Assembly (NCBI RefSeq): GCF_009834535.1
Contig: NC_045696.1
Location: forward strand, 103,356,001 to 103,420,000
Direction: 5' to 3'
Length of the DNA stretch: 64,000 bases
Source of the DNA: Camelus ferus
Taxonomy: Eukaryota
The notes beneath the pieces were generated by a model. It was not told the DNA's origin. It made no database searches and saw nothing but the letters and a program-made list of their open reading frames with translations. The position numbers and the translations under genes were made by a program. Shown here in pieces: positions 60,821-64,000 of this stretch; the first letter of the stretch is position 1; the number at the start of each line of letters is the position of its first letter.

Positions 60821-63800
60821 TTTGTCCATTAAAAAGTGAGTATCTCTGTCCATCCTGTAAGATTAAAAGGGATGAAAGAATAAACATTTGAAATGAGTGT
60901 AAGTGCCCGAGGAAAAAAATGTTACCAGATTGTTCTGTGATTTGAATGAGATGTACTATAGAAAAAATAAATAATTTAAAACAACAGTGGTCTCATTATT
61001 AGCGGGCTGATGGAGGGGGTGGTTAGTGGCTACTGCGGTGCATGCCCAGCCTCCTCCCCGAGGAATCGCCCTCACCCAAAGTCACACCACACGCAGCCGG
61101 TTAGGGAGTACAAAAGCCTGGCCTCCTTCCCCAGCTCAGGGTGCCCGAGGGGCTGCCTCATGGGGATTGGCCGACTCCTCCCACAGCTGTGTCAGGGCTC
61201 AGCTGCCTGCACTGGCCGTTTCCTCACACTCACAGGGCGTATTCCCCGGGCACGCCAGTTCACGCACACCACCTGTCCCACCTGGGATGGAAATAGATCA
61301 GGTACTTAAAAGGCTTCCTGTATTAGGGACCTTTGACTTTACCTCCTTACAAGGTCACTACAGAACATAATTGCATAAAGAAGAATAATGTCTTTATAGC
61401 CCCAGAAACAAATGACCTGAATACATTAGTTTAGGGAAAATGCTTCCTGATCTTCCCTTTAACCAGGCCAGCATCGGGAGAACAAGCACCGCGATGAGTG
61501 CAGCACTCCCAGGCTTCAGGTGGAAGTCGCCTGGCCTCCGCAACCGCAGCAGCCCTGGCACCTCCTGCTCAAGCAGTCTGCCTGCCTCGGGGAGAAGCAG
61601 GGCCCTTAATAATGCTACCTGATACCACAGCCTGAGCTGGGCGCAGGGTGGGCACCTGGGCAGTCGGAAGCAATTGGGGGATCACAGAACAGGGCTGTGG
61701 CTTAAGGAGGCACTAGGAAATGGTTAAGGAGGCACTCACTTGAATGTTAGTGTTAGGGAAGAAAGGCATCGTCCCTTGAAGGCTCTCACTTGAATCCAGG
61801 AGACCAAGTAAGGATGGTGGTGTGGAGAGGGCATGACACCCGCTCGGGCTCAGCACTCCAGGGGGCTCTGGGGTGAGGGGGAGGGCTCTGGCTCCCCTCT
61901 ACCACACCAGACATTCCACACCAGCATCCTACTTGGTACTTCCTAGGGCCATTTGTCAATGTATCCAAGGACCCACGTGAGTAGCCACCAGATCATTTAT
62001 TGGCCATGAGAAAATGCTTTTGCTTGTGGCCACAGGGGGATATTGTGAATGACTGTTGAGGGTGTCGTTGGTGGCAGTCAGCATGGCCACTGGCCACACT
62101 GCTGACCAGGGAGGATGTCCACAGAGCCCATGGAGTTGTTTGCTTCAGCGCCCAGCTGCCTGCTGAGCTGGGCTCTGCTGAGGTCACAGAGCATCAGAGA
62201 GAAGCCAGCCTCAAACAAGAGCGTCGTCTTGGTAAGACAGCTCATCTGACAACCCACTTGCCTTTTTCGGTTCCTACTCCCAGAAGCTACTTTTGGCCCA
62301 TACCTTTGGACGGACGAACTGCTTCTGTAGTCCCAGGCTGCTTCCATCTCTGTCTTCCCTGTGAGCGCTGGCTCTTGCTGCTGCTTACGCCCGAAGACAC
62401 CTCCAAGCTTCCCTGCACTCCTGCCCGGGAAGAGGGCCCCGTGTGTTCTCCCTGGGGACACCTGCCAAGGGCCCGGGGCCGCCGCTCACTGCCAGCTCAG
62501 CTTTCTTCCTGAGAGGCCTTTCCAGCTTCTTGCTGAAACTTGCTTTCGGGAAATTGCAGAGTATAAGATGCTCTGTGGTAAAGGCAGGCCTGCTTGTATC
62601 AGGGTGGGTGAGACCAGTCCCCATTAATGCAAAACACACTTTGTCATAACCTCTTTCACTTCCATGCAAACCACTTCCTGGTATTCTTGCCACTGGGGCA
62701 CAGCGCCCGCGCCACCTCCTTCCTTCTTGCCGGTCTCCTGCCTTGCTCAAGGGCCTCGGGGACTATGCTGCCTGCCACACTGAGGTCAGATTTGTCCTCA
62801 TGCCTGAGCACTTGGCTGTGGCCCCCCAAAAGCTAGAACTCAATTAGAAATCCTGAGAAGAGAGAGCACTAAAGCCCCAAAATGATGGCCCTGCAAGGTA
62901 CCATCTCCACAGGAATTATTTTCAGGTCCCTTTTTTGCTAGTAAAGACTTGATTTTTGAGCCTCCAGTTAACAAAGGTGTGTATTATAGGATCTTCCATC
63001 TGAATACAACAAAAAGTGCTTTTTGCAGATGGTGTTTTTAGAAGGTCCAGGAGCTGTGTGGTGGGTCCGTGCCATGCAGACCAGGCCATTTTGTCACTGG
63101 AACTGTGCTGGGCTCCTCTGCGTGGAGGGCTTCCCGCATCCTGCAATCACCTAAAAGATGAACCTTCGTCTCCAGAAGTTTTATCAAAAATTAGTTTATA
63201 AATCACTATTAACAATTAAAGATGGGAACAAGAATGATAGGTTTTTATTTCAAAAAAATACTTGCGGAAGTTATTTTTAAGAACAAAAACCAGAAGAGTG
63301 GACACTGTCACATGTCAGATTAAAGGCACGTAAGATATCGACCATCAAACTGCAGGTCATGGGGGGTTAGCGTCCCCCACGTCCTCCCACCTGGGGCAGG
63401 CAGCGGGCGGGTGGTCAGGGCGTGGTGCTGACTCAGCCCCGGGCAGCAGGGCACAGCAGGCAGGCAGGCAGCTTCAAAGTCCCGGGCTCTGGCCTCCTCA
63501 CCTGGATTCCTGGATGGAGCGCTTTGGCGGGGGAGGAGTCTGTCTTCAAAGACAGACAGCGCCTGTGAACGGACAGCACCTGCTCCAGGGCTTCCAGAGC
63601 CGGGTTCTCCAAAGACATTTCTAAAACCTCTTGGTTAAGGATCGGTATCAGCGCAGCTGGTACCTCTCTGTTGGGCCTGCGCCAGGAAACTTGCCTACAC
63701 ATGGATCGTGTGGGTTAAAGACAGGCCTGGCCAAGGAAATGCGCAGGCGGAGTTCCCCACCCCTTCCCTTGTCCTACCCACCCTGAACCCCTTTGAAAGG

Positions 63801-64000
63801 CTTCTCAGAGCCTGGAGGGCAAAAGCTTGAGCAAGCGGCAAGGCCAGGGTTAGGCCTGGGAGGTCGGTGCCTGCTAGGGCAGGCTGGGACCACTCCCAGT
63901 CATCATGACAAATGAGACAAAGAGCAGATGGGAGAAAAAAGTTTGGGGAGGAATACCATGAGCAGAACAAGCACAGAAATGAAAAACACCCACACATCAT

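Larger units (their letters stand above)
54857..60990 (+). other. TFDP2: Putative long 3' UTR of TFDP2 (end uncertain)
   Basis: Repeat-poor sequence after the stop; AU-rich block with clustered AATAAA at 60549, 60800, 60879 and 60966. The extent is inferred. Confidence 0.55.

Noticed and set aside
61000..64000. Possible exons of a convergent neighbour such as ATP1B3
   Set aside because: No translation resembles a known protein; a minus-strand AATAAA near 63244 is not enough evidence.
1..64000. CRISPR array, operon or prokaryotic defence system
   Set aside because: The sequence is intron-rich mammalian DNA, with no regularly spaced repeats and no long ORFs.

Overview
Mammalian genomic DNA, most likely a camelid given the tRNA-Ala-derived Vic-1-like SINEs and the absence of Alu, BovB or PRE-1. 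The window holds the 3' part of TFDP2 (transcription factor Dp-2, the E2F dimerisation partner) on the + strand. Ten coding exons (14907-54856) have GT-AG junctions and join in frame from ...GNISFVAFP to ...DSSSPE*; the N-terminal ~27 codons lie upstream of the window. A ~6 kb putative 3' UTR follows. The introns carry two antisense processed pseudogenes that the ORF track misses (near full-length RPL21 nested in an L1, and 5'-truncated FAM32A), seven tRNA-derived SINEs, and many L1/L2/MIR/MER fragments. The most notable observations are a SINE with an apparent 3' transduction inside a perfect 15-bp TSD, a stop codon embedded in AATAAA followed by a GU-rich element, the E-region cassette exon and NAGNAG acceptor, and candidate erythroid enhancers. 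I see no prokaryote-type system or CRISPR, and almost all listed ORFs are spurious. Gene and repeat names come from recognition, not database searches; repeat boundaries are approximate.
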